Shown in pieces: positions 29,473 to 38,074 of a stretch of DNA of 59,651 nucleotides. A program made the translations under genes and the position numbers. The DNA is from Alphaproteobacteria bacterium. Its GTDB lineage: Bacteria; Pseudomonadota; Alphaproteobacteria; Sphingomonadales; Kordiimonadaceae. A model generated the notes under the pieces. It saw only the letters and a program-made list of their open reading frames with translations, was not told the origin of the DNA and ran no database searches. Numbering within the stretch: the stretch's first letter is position 1; every line of letters starts with the position of its first letter. The stretch lies in the NCBI GenBank assembly GCA_013372925.1, contig JABXIV010000061.1:1-59651 (forward strand), written 5' to 3'.

Positions 29473-30264
29473 TTACTGCGTTTCCAGATAATTCAAAATT
29501 GACAGCAAACAGGAAATTCCGGGGAAACCACCATCATTTCCGTAAGTATCAAGATACTTGCCTGCCAAAAGGATATAGAGGCCGTTCTCGCCTTGAAGGT
29601 TCCATGAACCACTGCCATTCAGATAATCGGCTGGCGTGATCGTTGTATTACGGCTGATAACATAGACCTTATAACAATCGGTCCAGCCGCCACCGCCGCT
29701 GCCGCCATCGTCATCATCACCGTCGTCGTCACCACCACCGTGACCACCGCGCCAACCACCGCTGTAGCCGCCATCATCGTCGCCACGGCGGCTGCTACTA
29801 GTGCGCCAGTCGCTATCATCGTCATCACCGCTACCGCTGTGCCAGCCGCTATCATCGTCATCACCGCCGGAATCATCACCACCCCAACCGCCATGACCAC
29901 CATCATCATCGCCGGAATCGTCGTCCCCACCACCTGTAGAACAACCGTCGGGCCGATAGCGTTCAGGAACGGTCCCTTCACCAAAAACATAGTCGGCGTT
30001 CTGCTTGAAATCGTCTACATCTTTGGTTTTGTATTCGCCCTGCTTTTCCTGGATAGAGCCATCGCCAACCCAGGCTTTACCGTCTACATCAACGAGGATC
30101 GTCACTTTTTCGGGAATGACAAACGCACAATCCAGTGCGGAGTGGACAGGCTGGGTCGCTGACGCTTTTAGCGTCAACACCATTGGAACGCCCGCAGCGC
30201 CTAGCTTTAAAAGCTGGCGACGGCGTTCGATAAACCCCTTATCTTCATCTTTTTTGTCCGACAC
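29473..30264 (-). CDS. Twin-arginine-leader protein with a Gly/Asp-rich insert, putative substrate of the cassette
   Basis: GTG 30264 follows SD GGAGAAGG, giving 263 aa. Leader is ERRRQLLKLGAAGVPMVLTLKASA, followed by four Cys. Stop lies 10 nt before the PqqD gene. Confidence 0.8.
   Translation of the reverse strand: MSDKKDEDKGFIERRRQLLKLGAAGVPMVLTLKASATQPVHSALDCAFVIPEKVTILVDVDGKAWVGDGSIQEKQGEYKTKDVDDFKQNADYVFGEGTVPERYRPDGCSTGGGDDDSGDDDGGHGGWGGDDSGGDDDDSGWHSGSGDDDDSDWRTSSSRRGDDDGGYSGGWRGGHGGGDDDGDDDDGGSGGGGWTDCYKVYVISRNTTITPADYLNGSGSWNLQGENGLYILLAGKYLDTYGNDGGFPGISCLLSILNYLETQ
29677..29940 (-). repeat. Low-complexity imperfect repeats encoding eight GD(2-4) tracts in a Gly/Ser/Trp/His matrix
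   Basis: Plus-strand (tca/tcg)n and (ccg/cca)n runs, translating to GGGDDDSGDDDGGHGGWGGDDSGGDDDDSGWHSGSGDDDDSDW... Confidence 0.85.
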
Positions 30265-30314
30265 GCTGGAACCTTCTCCAAACCACAACGACCCACAATT
30301 GTGCAAAAATTTAA

Positions 30315-30330
30315 TTAAACCAAACTTAAC
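30315..30330. promoter_or_regulatory. CtrA consensus box upstream of the kinase cassette
   Basis: TTAA-ACCAAAC-TTAAC, an exact TTAA-N7-TTAAC match, 50 nt upstream of GTG 30264. Confidence 0.65.
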
Positions 30331-30405
30331 AGCGTTCCCAGAGAGCGGTCTAGCGTAAAAATGCCGCATGACCCCTATTTTCGTTAATCTCTGGCATTCG
30401 CAGCT

Positions 30406-30434
30406 CTGTAATATTTTATTCACAAAACTGCAAA
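30406..30434 (+). promoter_or_regulatory. Degenerate PHO box upstream of phoR
   Basis: CTGTAAT-attt-TATTCAC-aaaa-CTGCAAA, three half-sites at 11-bp period. Confidence 0.5.
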
Positions 30435-30518
30435 CTATGTCATTTAAAGGAAGCTGATCTCTCGAAATCCACTTTTTCTGGATACTGATCGTTAGAGATC
30501 TTTTAAAGGATCCGATTT

Positions 30519-31802
30519 ATGGCTGGGCAGTCAAAATCATATATGGCGCTACTGAACGAGCGAACAATTATCGTCGCAATTGTCTTTACGCTCGCGCTTA
30601 TGTGGTCTGTCGGTCAACTGACTTTCCTGGGCGGTATAATTGTTGGTGCCGTAGCTGCCGTTAGCCTTACCCAACTCGCCTTGAAGCGGCGAATTGAGGA
30701 GCTTGAAAAACGCCGGGCTTTGATGCAAGAGCGCAAGAAGGCTGAAAAACCTAGCACTGTGTCCATCGGCGCGCAGGCGCTGGATCGATTGCCCTCCCCG
30801 TTTATTCTTGTCGATTCTACGCACCGCATTACAGTTGCCAACATGGCCGCAAAAACGCTGCTTGGTGGCGATATTGTTGGAAATGATGTCTCACTTTATT
30901 TGCGGCAGACGGAATTCATTTCTGCGCTTGAAACCATTCTAAAACATCCTGCGTCAGAATTTAGGGTTATCCGCCACACAACCAGTAACGATCGCAGTTT
31001 TGATGTCACGATCGCCCCTGTCCCTCAACAATCTTCCGGACAAGAGCAATCGGGCGCGATGATCTTCTTTTACGAAGTAACGAGCCTTATTCGCGCTGAA
31101 CAAATGCGCGCAGACTTTGTTGCCAACGCGAGCCATGAACTTAGGACCCCATTAACGTCTATTCTGGGCTTTATTGAGACACTGATTGGGCCGGCAGCAG
31201 ATGACAAGGACGCGCATCAACGATTCCTTGGTATCATGCAAACCGAAGCAGAGCGCATGGTGCGCTTGATTGATGACCTGCTTTCATTATCGCGCATTGA
31301 AATGACCCGATATGTTGCACCTGAAATGGACGTAGACATCAAGAAGCTTCTTGTAAATACCGTGAGCACCATTGCGCCGAACGCCATGGCAAGAAACATA
31401 AAGTTCGAATGTAATATTCCAGATGACTTGAAACCTGTTCGCGGTGATGGCGATCAATTGACCCAGGTATTAATTAACCTGTTGTCGAATGCTTCGAAGT
31501 ATTGCGACCCGGATAGTACGGTTCACATTTCTGCAAATTCATGCCTGGATGATCAGAAGATTCAAATTTTGATTCGCGATGAAGGCCCGGGCATTTCAGA
31601 GGAACACCTTGCCCGCTTAACTGAGCGTTTCTATCGTGTCGACACGGCCCGGTCACGTAAAATGGGTGGTACAGGCCTTGGCCTCGCAATTGTAAAACAC
31701 ATTCTTTTACGGCATGATAGCAATCTGGAAATTAAGAGTGAGGTGGGCCGTGGAACAACCTTCCGCTTCAAGCTCCCAATCTCAAAAAATGCGGCTCAAT
31801 AA
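30519..31802 (+). CDS. phoR: Phosphate regulon sensor histidine kinase
   Basis: Two TMs, PAS-like region, DFVANASHELRTPL, ERFYRVD and GGTGLGLAIVKH. Heads the pst operon. Confidence 0.93.
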   Translation: MAGQSKSYMALLNERTIIVAIVFTLALMWSVGQLTFLGGIIVGAVAAVSLTQLALKRRIEELEKRRALMQERKKAEKPSTVSIGAQALDRLPSPFILVDSTHRITVANMAAKTLLGGDIVGNDVSLYLRQTEFISALETILKHPASEFRVIRHTTSNDRSFDVTIAPVPQQSSGQEQSGAMIFFYEVTSLIRAEQMRADFVANASHELRTPLTSILGFIETLIGPAADDKDAHQRFLGIMQTEAERMVRLIDDLLSLSRIEMTRYVAPEMDVDIKKLLVNTVSTIAPNAMARNIKFECNIPDDLKPVRGDGDQLTQVLINLLSNASKYCDPDSTVHISANSCLDDQKIQILIRDEGPGISEEHLARLTERFYRVDTARSRKMGGTGLGLAIVKHILLRHDSNLEIKSEVGRGTTFRFKLPISKNAAQ

Positions 31803-31804
31803 CA

Positions 31805-31822
31805 CTGTCATCGAACTGTAAC
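31805..31822 (+). promoter_or_regulatory. PHO box upstream of pstS
   Basis: CTGTCAT-CGAA-CTGTAAC matches the 7-4-7 PhoB consensus. Confidence 0.88.
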
Positions 31823-31932
31823 ATTTCACCTGTATCAGTCGCCTTGCCGGCGGAATTCTTAATAATAATGACACGCGCACGGCAAGATGCTCGTTAAAGA
31901 ACGCCACCAGGATTGTGGCTTGGAGAGACAAG

Positions 31933-33009
31933 ATGAAAAAACTCGCTGTCGCTGCTGCTTTGATTTCCGCAGCCACTTTCAGCACCACAGATGTAGAAGC
32001 CCAATCTCGTGACCAGATCCGGATTGTAGGTTCCTCCACTGTGTTCCCATTTGCAACTGCTGTTGCTGAAGAATTTGGCCGTACTACAGACTTCAAAACG
32101 CCAATCGTTGAATCAACCGGTTCCGGTGGTGGCTTGAAACTCTTTTGTTCTGGTATTGGCACCAACCACCCAGACATCACGAATGCTTCCCGCCGCATCA
32201 AAAAAACTGAAGTTGAGCTTTGCGCAAAGAACGGTGTGACAGACATCGTGGAAGTGAAAATCGGTTTTGATGGCATTGTGCTCGCTGCAGCAAAAGATGC
32301 CGCACCGATGGAGCTTAGCCTTCGTGACCTTTACCTCGCACTTGCCGCAAAAATTCCTGCACCAGGCACTGAAGGCGGTGAAGGCAACATGATCGACAAC
32401 CCAAACAAAACTTGGAATCAGGTGAACGCCAACCTTCCAAATAAGCCAATCGTAGTGCTTGGCCCTCCACCGACTTCCGGCACGCGGGACGCCTTCAACG
32501 AACTGGCTATCGAAGGCGGCTGCAAGACTTTCTCCGGCATGAAAGCCATTAAGAAATCCAACAAGAGCGCCTATAAAGCGCTTTGCCGCGGCATCCGTGA
32601 AGACGGCGCCTACACTGAGGCTGGCGAAAACGACAACCTGATCGTTCAAAAACTGCAAACGAACAGCGAAGCTGTTGGTATTTTCGGTTTCAGTTTCCTT
32701 GATCAAAACGGTGACGTCATTCAGGCTTTCCCAGTATCCAAGAAAGAAGGCGCGGCTTCTCAGGCCCCAACTTTCGAGGCAATTGCTGATGGTTCCTACC
32801 CGATCTCCCGCTCTCTTTACTTCTATGTTAAGAAAGCGCACGTAGACGTGGTTCCAGGCATCCGCGAATATCTGGCAGAGTTCACAAGCGACAAGGCTGC
32901 CGGCGACTTTGGTTACCTGGCAGATCGTGGCCTGATCCCACTGCCGGACGAAGATCGCGCCAAATATGAAGAAGATGCCCGCAATCTTACTAATCTTACT
33001 CTTGACTAA
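31933..33009 (+). CDS. pstS: Phosphate ABC transporter substrate-binding protein
   Basis: Signal peptide, then IVGSSTVFP, ESTGSGGG, NASR, SGTRD and YPISRSLYFY motifs. Confidence 0.95.
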   Translation: MKKLAVAAALISAATFSTTDVEAQSRDQIRIVGSSTVFPFATAVAEEFGRTTDFKTPIVESTGSGGGLKLFCSGIGTNHPDITNASRRIKKTEVELCAKNGVTDIVEVKIGFDGIVLAAAKDAAPMELSLRDLYLALAAKIPAPGTEGGEGNMIDNPNKTWNQVNANLPNKPIVVLGPPPTSGTRDAFNELAIEGGCKTFSGMKAIKKSNKSAYKALCRGIREDGAYTEAGENDNLIVQKLQTNSEAVGIFGFSFLDQNGDVIQAFPVSKKEGAASQAPTFEAIADGSYPISRSLYFYVKKAHVDVVPGIREYLAEFTSDKAAGDFGYLADRGLIPLPDEDRAKYEEDARNLTNLTLD

Positions 33010-33030
33010 GAGTAGCGGTATAATGTCTAG

Positions 33031-33067
33031 AGGGGGCAACCGGCAACGCAGCCTGTTGCCCCTTTTT
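33031..33067 (+). terminator. Stem-loop with U-tract between pstS and pstC
   Basis: GGGGCAAC.GGC-aacgca-GCC.GTTGCCCC-TTTTT, consistent with partial termination or pstS mRNA stabilisation. Confidence 0.75.
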
Positions 33068-33110
33068 AAAACTTCGATAAGATCGAGAAATCTGCATAAG
33101 GCCGCCTAAC

Positions 33111-34490
33111 ATGACGAGCTCCGCAATATTTTTGATTTTGGTCCTGCTGTCCCTGGTTTCTTTTGCGATGACCAGGCAGAAAGCGCTAACACGCGCTGGC
33201 GGAGACCCCGCAAAGCTGCACTCCCTGCCACGCCACTATGGCTATTTTGCTGCGACATGCGTTTTATTGCCGAGCTTCTTTGCTTTTGGCATCTGGCTGA
33301 TTTTTGGGAAAAGCATCATTGAAGGGCTGATCGTATCAGGCCTGCCTGATCGACTTTTTGAAGTAGGTACCGATCAAGCAACACTTGTACTGAACCGAAT
33401 CAGGTTGGTAGTTGAAAACGCTTCTAGCCCGGAAACGGACCCGGACATTCTGGCCGCAGCACAGAAATTTAACGATCTATATATCAGAGGGATTTGGGCT
33501 GCATTTGCGCTTTCTGTCTCCTTTGGCCTGGTAGGTTTTTATCTGGCATCAAATCGAACCCAGCCCGATTTTCGCGCCCGGAACAAATTCGAACGTATCA
33601 TGTTGATTGCTTTGGCGCTTAGTTCTGTAATCGCTATTGCTACAACACTAGGTATCGTTGCCTCACTTTTGTTTGAGAGCCTTCGCTTTTTCCACGAAGT
33701 CCCTGTAACTGAATTTGTTTTTGGTCTGCACTGGAGCCCACAGACAGCTTTGCGCGCCGACCAGGTTGCGTCTTCCGGGGCGTTTGGTGCCGTCCCCCTA
33801 TTCGCAGGCACACTGCTTATCAGCTTCATCGCCATGCTTGTGGCGGGCCCGATTGGGCTTCTTGCAGCCATCTACCTGACTCAATATGCGAACACAAAAA
33901 TGCGTAAAATTGCCAAACCGATGCTTGAGGTTTTGGCCGGTGTTCCAACAGTAGTCTACGGATTTTTCGCAGCCCTTACTGTGGCACCATTTTTCCGCGA
34001 CCTTGGTATCACGCTGGGCCTTGATATCGCCAGCGAAAGTGCTTTAGCCGCAGGTATTGTAATGGGCATCATGATCATCCCATTCGTTTCGTCGCTTTCA
34101 GATGATGCAATCACAGCAGTACCTAAATCGCTGAAGGATGGCTCACTTGCACTTGGGGCAACACCTTCAGAAACCATCACACAAGTGGTTTTACCGGCTG
34201 CCCTACCTGGCATTGTTGGCGCATTCCTCTTGGCAGTCAGTCGAGCAGTCGGCGAAACCATGATTGTTGTGATGGCTGCAGGCATGCAACCGAAACTTAC
34301 GGCAAATCCCTTCGAGGCTGTAACCACTGTCACAGTACAAATCGTAGCCTTGCTGACAGGTGACCAAGAGTTTGACAGCGCTAAAACGCTTTCTGCCTTT
34401 GCACTTGGACTTGCGCTCTTTGTATCAACCATGGCCCTCAACGTGATTGCGCTCAAAATCGTTCGCAAATACCGCGAAGTTTACGATTAA
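33111..34490 (+). CDS. pstC: Phosphate ABC transporter permease PstC
   Basis: KP.LEVLAGVPTVVYG, SLALGAT and SRAVGETM motifs. Confidence 0.96.
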   Translation: MTSSAIFLILVLLSLVSFAMTRQKALTRAGGDPAKLHSLPRHYGYFAATCVLLPSFFAFGIWLIFGKSIIEGLIVSGLPDRLFEVGTDQATLVLNRIRLVVENASSPETDPDILAAAQKFNDLYIRGIWAAFALSVSFGLVGFYLASNRTQPDFRARNKFERIMLIALALSSVIAIATTLGIVASLLFESLRFFHEVPVTEFVFGLHWSPQTALRADQVASSGAFGAVPLFAGTLLISFIAMLVAGPIGLLAAIYLTQYANTKMRKIAKPMLEVLAGVPTVVYGFFAALTVAPFFRDLGITLGLDIASESALAAGIVMGIMIIPFVSSLSDDAITAVPKSLKDGSLALGATPSETITQVVLPAALPGIVGAFLLAVSRAVGETMIVVMAAGMQPKLTANPFEAVTTVTVQIVALLTGDQEFDSAKTLSAFALGLALFVSTMALNVIALKIVRKYREVYD

Positions 34491-34499
34491 GGATGTCAC

Positions 34500-35819
34500 A
34501 TGTCGGAAACTAACAAAGACTTCAAACCTACCGATTGGCATTCAGATGAGATGAATGCGCGTATCAAGCGGCGTTACCGCAAGGAAAAGACCTTTAAGGC
34601 TTTTGGTCTCGGCGCAGTCGTGGTTGCAGCACTATTTCTCGTAATGTTGATCGGCAAAATCGCGTCAGACGGCTTTTTTGGTTTCTTTCAAACCAGTATC
34701 GAGCTCGACATTCCCTTTGAACAAAGTGTTCTGGGTAACCCACGTGAGATGAGCCCTGAGGCCTTTCAAGAACAAGTCAAGCGGGCCAACATGCTGCGCC
34801 TGATTGATGCCGCCATGAAAGAGCATTTCCCGGAAATCACGAACCGCCGGGAACGTCGCGACCTAATCCGTATGGTTAGTACAGGTGCTCGCGGACAACT
34901 TCGGGATATGATCCTTGCGAACCCAACCCTCGTAGGCACCACGAAACGAGTAAGCCTGCTGGCTTCCGACGACATCGACCAATTGCATAAAGGCAAGATC
35001 GACAAGAATGAGCCCGAAGCAAATCGGAAGGTGAAAGACAAAGAGCTTGGTTGGTACAACAAGCTTGAGGAAGAAGGTCGTGTTACTCTTCACTTCCACA
35101 GCACTTTCCTGACTCATGGTGACTCACGGGACCCAGAAATGGCTGGTATTTGGGGTGCAACTGTAGGCTCTGCGCTTACGCTTGTAGTGACCCTGCTTAT
35201 CGCCTTCCCAATCGGCGTCCTTGCCGCAATCTATCTTGAAGAATTCGCGCCAAAGAACAGGCTCACCGACCTGATTGAAATCAACATCAACAACCTGGCC
35301 GCCGTACCTTCAATTGTCTTTGGTCTCTTGGGTCTAGCTGTATTTCTAGGTGTTATGCATCTACCACGCTCCGCGCCGCTTGTTGGTGGTTTGACGCTGG
35401 CCCTCATGACACTACCCACGATCATCATTGCCTCCCGCGCATCGATCAAAGCCGTCCCTCCTTCAATCCGAGACGCAGCGCGCGGGCTTGGTGCTTCACC
35501 TATGCAGGTCGTATTCCACCATGTTGTTCCCCTTGCAATGCCGGGGATCCTTACTGGTACAATCATCGGCATGGCGCAGGCGCTTGGTGAAACTGCGCCG
35601 CTGTTGATGATCGGGATGGTAGCCTTTATCGTGGACATCCCGGGAAGCGTGACAGATGCAGCGACTGCCCTCCCCGTTCAGATCTTCCTGTGGGCAGATA
35701 GCCCTGAACGCGCCTTCGTAGAAAAAACGTCTGCAGCCATTTTGGTTCTGCTGACATTCCTGATTGCAATGAATGGCCTGGCCATCTGGTTACGCCAAAA
35801 ATTTGAGCGGCACTGGTAA
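34500..35819 (+). CDS. pstA: Phosphate ABC transporter permease PstA
   Basis: [18 protein letters not shown] and ALGETAPL motifs. Confidence 0.96.
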   Translation: MSETNKDFKPTDWHSDEMNARIKRRYRKEKTFKAFGLGAVVVAALFLVMLIGKIASDGFFGFFQTSIELDIPFEQSVLGNPREMSPEAFQEQVKRANMLRLIDAAMKEHFPEITNRRERRDLIRMVSTGARGQLRDMILANPTLVGTTKRVSLLASDDIDQLHKGKIDKNEPEANRKVKDKELGWYNKLEEEGRVTLHFHSTFLTHGDSRDPEMAGIWGATVGSALTLVVTLLIAFPIGVLAAIYLEEFAPKNRLTDLIEININNLAAVPSIVFGLLGLAVFLGVMHLPRSAPLVGGLTLALMTLPTIIIASRASIKAVPPSIRDAARGLGASPMQVVFHHVVPLAMPGILTGTIIGMAQALGETAPLLMIGMVAFIVDIPGSVTDAATALPVQIFLWADSPERAFVEKTSAAILVLLTFLIAMNGLAIWLRQKFERHW

Positions 35820-35820
35820 G

Positions 35821-36621
35821 ATGCGTAAAATGGCAACAGAGTTGGAAACTATGACTGATACAAAAATCGCTAAGATGACAGCCAAGGATGTCCATGTATT
35901 TTACGGTGACAACCACGCTGTAAAAGGCATCAGCCTCGACCTTCACCAAGATGAAGTAACCGCGCTTATCGGTCCATCAGGGTGCGGAAAATCTACCTTC
36001 CTGCGGTGTTTGAACCGCATGAACGACACAGTTGCGACCTGTCGTGTTGAAGGCAAAATCACATTGGACAATGAAGATATTTACGACCCAAGTATCGATG
36101 TTGTACAACTTCGCGCACGAGTGGGCATGGTCTTTCAAAAGCCAAACCCTTTCCCAAAGTCAATCTATGACAACGTAGCCTATGGCCCACGTATTCACGG
36201 CTTGGCACAGTCCAGAACGGATCTGGATGAAATCGTTACCGTTTCTCTGGAAAAGGCAGGCCTTTGGAATGAAGTGAAGGATCGCCTGGATAGTCCAGGC
36301 ACAGCTCTTTCAGGTGGCCAACAGCAACGCTTGTGCATTGCACGAGCAATTGCTGTTAACCCAGAAGTGATCCTGATGGACGAGCCTTGCTCGGCACTGG
36401 ACCCTATAGCAACAGCAAAAGTTGAAGCCCTTATCGATGAACTAAAAGGGCGCTATGCAATCGCCATCGTAACGCACAGCATGCAACAAGCTGCTCGCGT
36501 ATCTCAGAAAACCGCCTTTTTCCATATGGGTGATCTGGTTGAACACGGTGATACCACCGATATTTTCACCTCACCAAAAGAAGAACGCACCCGTGATTAT
36601 ATCACGGGACGCTTTGGCTAA
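35821..36621 (+). CDS. pstB: Phosphate ABC transporter ATPase PstB
   Basis: [35 protein letters not shown] and YITGRFG motifs. Start is uncertain (35821, 35830 or 35851). Confidence 0.96.
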   Translation: MRKMATELETMTDTKIAKMTAKDVHVFYGDNHAVKGISLDLHQDEVTALIGPSGCGKSTFLRCLNRMNDTVATCRVEGKITLDNEDIYDPSIDVVQLRARVGMVFQKPNPFPKSIYDNVAYGPRIHGLAQSRTDLDEIVTVSLEKAGLWNEVKDRLDSPGTALSGGQQQRLCIARAIAVNPEVILMDEPCSALDPIATAKVEALIDELKGRYAIAIVTHSMQQAARVSQKTAFFHMGDLVEHGDTTDIFTSPKEERTRDYITGRFG

Positions 36622-36633
36622 GGAGATTTGAAC

Positions 36634-37344
36634 ATGAATGATCATACAGTCAAAGCCTATGACGATGAACTGCGCGAACTGCGCGCAATCGTAAGCCGTA
36701 TGGGCGGCCTCGCCGAAGATCAACTTGTCGGCGCCATGGAAGCCCTGAACGAGTTTGATACAGACAAGGCAGGCCAAGTTAGGGCTTCAGATCAGGCGCT
36801 GGATCAGCTTGAAATTGATGCAGAAAAGGCCGCGATCGTCGTATTTGCCCGCCGGGCGCCTGTTGCCGATGACCTTCGCGAAGTCGTTTCTTCCCTGAAA
36901 ATGACGGGGCTAATCGAGCGCATGGGCGATTACGCCAAGAATATTGCAAAACGTACGTTGGCTATTTCCGAAATGGGGCCTGTTGCCATTCCTCAGATCC
37001 TTGATCAGATGGCCAGAGAAGCCCGTAAGATGATCCAAGACGTTATGGATGCCTATGTCCACAGGAACGCCAACCTTGCGATGGAAGTCTGGGAGCGAGA
37101 TGAAGTGCTCGACAACCTCCACAACTCGGCATACCGCACCATTCTTGGTAGAATGATGGAATCTCCAGAAAAGATTGGCGTTCTCACTCACTTCCTAATG
37201 ATTGCAAAGAACCTGGAGCGAATTGGCGACCAGGCAACAAATGTGGCCGAACAGGTCTACTACACCATTAACGGTGTGATGCTAGAAGAAGCAAGACGAC
37301 CCAAACATGACGTTACGAGCACCGAACTGGTGACTGACGATTGA
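36634..37344 (+). CDS. phoU: Phosphate signalling protein PhoU
   Basis: P.A.DLR, ERMGDYAKNIA and LERIGDQATNVAE motifs. Confidence 0.96.
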   Translation: MNDHTVKAYDDELRELRAIVSRMGGLAEDQLVGAMEALNEFDTDKAGQVRASDQALDQLEIDAEKAAIVVFARRAPVADDLREVVSSLKMTGLIERMGDYAKNIAKRTLAISEMGPVAIPQILDQMAREARKMIQDVMDAYVHRNANLAMEVWERDEVLDNLHNSAYRTILGRMMESPEKIGVLTHFLMIAKNLERIGDQATNVAEQVYYTINGVMLEEARRPKHDVTSTELVTDD

Positions 37345-37372
37345 TTAACAGGACAATCCAGAGGAGCTTCCT

Positions 37373-38062
37373 GTGAAAACACGTATTCTTCTCATCGAAG
37401 ACGATGAAAACATCACCGAACTGGTGCGCTACAACCTTGAACGTGCAGACTATCAGGTAGAAGCAGTTGCAGATGGTGAAGACGGTCTGTACAGGGCAAG
37501 CCAAGCTGCACCGGACCTGATCTTGCTGGATTGGATGTTGCCAAATCTTTCCGGCCTTGAAATTTGCCGTCAACTTCGCCGAAATGCGGAAACGCAAAAC
37601 ATTCCAATCATTATGCTAACGGCCCGCGCCGACGAGCCAGACCGTATCCGCGGCTTGGAAACCGGTGCAGATGACTATATCTGCAAACCATTCTCGCCGA
37701 AGGAGCTGATCGCGCGCATCCAGGCGGTACTGCGTCGCCTGCGGCCTGCACTGGCAGGTCATGAGCTTTCCTTTGAAGACATCAAGCTAGATAGCGTTTC
37801 CCACCGTGTGACACGTAACGGCAAGCCTATTCAGCTTGGCCCAACCGAATATCGCCTCCTGCGGCATTTCATGGAAAATCCACGCCGCGTTTTCAGCCGG
37901 GAACAGCTTCTGGACAGCGTATGGGGCCATGATGTGTATGTAGAACCGCGTACGGTTGACGTGCATATCCGGCGGCTTCGCAAAGCCATCAATGTAGATA
38001 ATGCACCAGACTATATCCGTACTGTGCGTTCCGCTGGCTATTCGCTAGACAACTACAACTAG
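37373..38062 (+). CDS. phoB: Phosphate regulon response regulator
   Basis: LLDWMLP, GADDY..KPFS, GPTEYRLL and RTVDVHIRRLRK motifs. Confidence 0.96.
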   Translation: MKTRILLIEDDENITELVRYNLERADYQVEAVADGEDGLYRASQAAPDLILLDWMLPNLSGLEICRQLRRNAETQNIPIIMLTARADEPDRIRGLETGADDYICKPFSPKELIARIQAVLRRLRPALAGHELSFEDIKLDSVSHRVTRNGKPIQLGPTEYRLLRHFMENPRRVFSREQLLDSVWGHDVYVEPRTVDVHIRRLRKAINVDNAPDYIRTVRSAGYSLDNYN

Positions 38063-38074
38063 GCAGAAGCCAGT

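Noticed and set aside
29619-30162. Met/Ala/Val-rich and Ile/Thr/Ala-rich ORFs over the repeat
   Set aside because: These are alternative-frame and antisense readings of the same trinucleotide-like repeats.
30265-30423. 53-aa N-terminal extension of the 29473..30423 ORF
   Set aside because: It overlaps promoter elements. GTG 30264 has a strong SD and places the twin-arginine motif near the N-terminus.
32113-33039. 308-aa antisense ORF opposite pstS
   Set aside because: Shadow ORF caused by the codon bias of a highly expressed gene, with no recognisable motifs. The same applies to the shadows over plsX, glyA and the GT4 gene.
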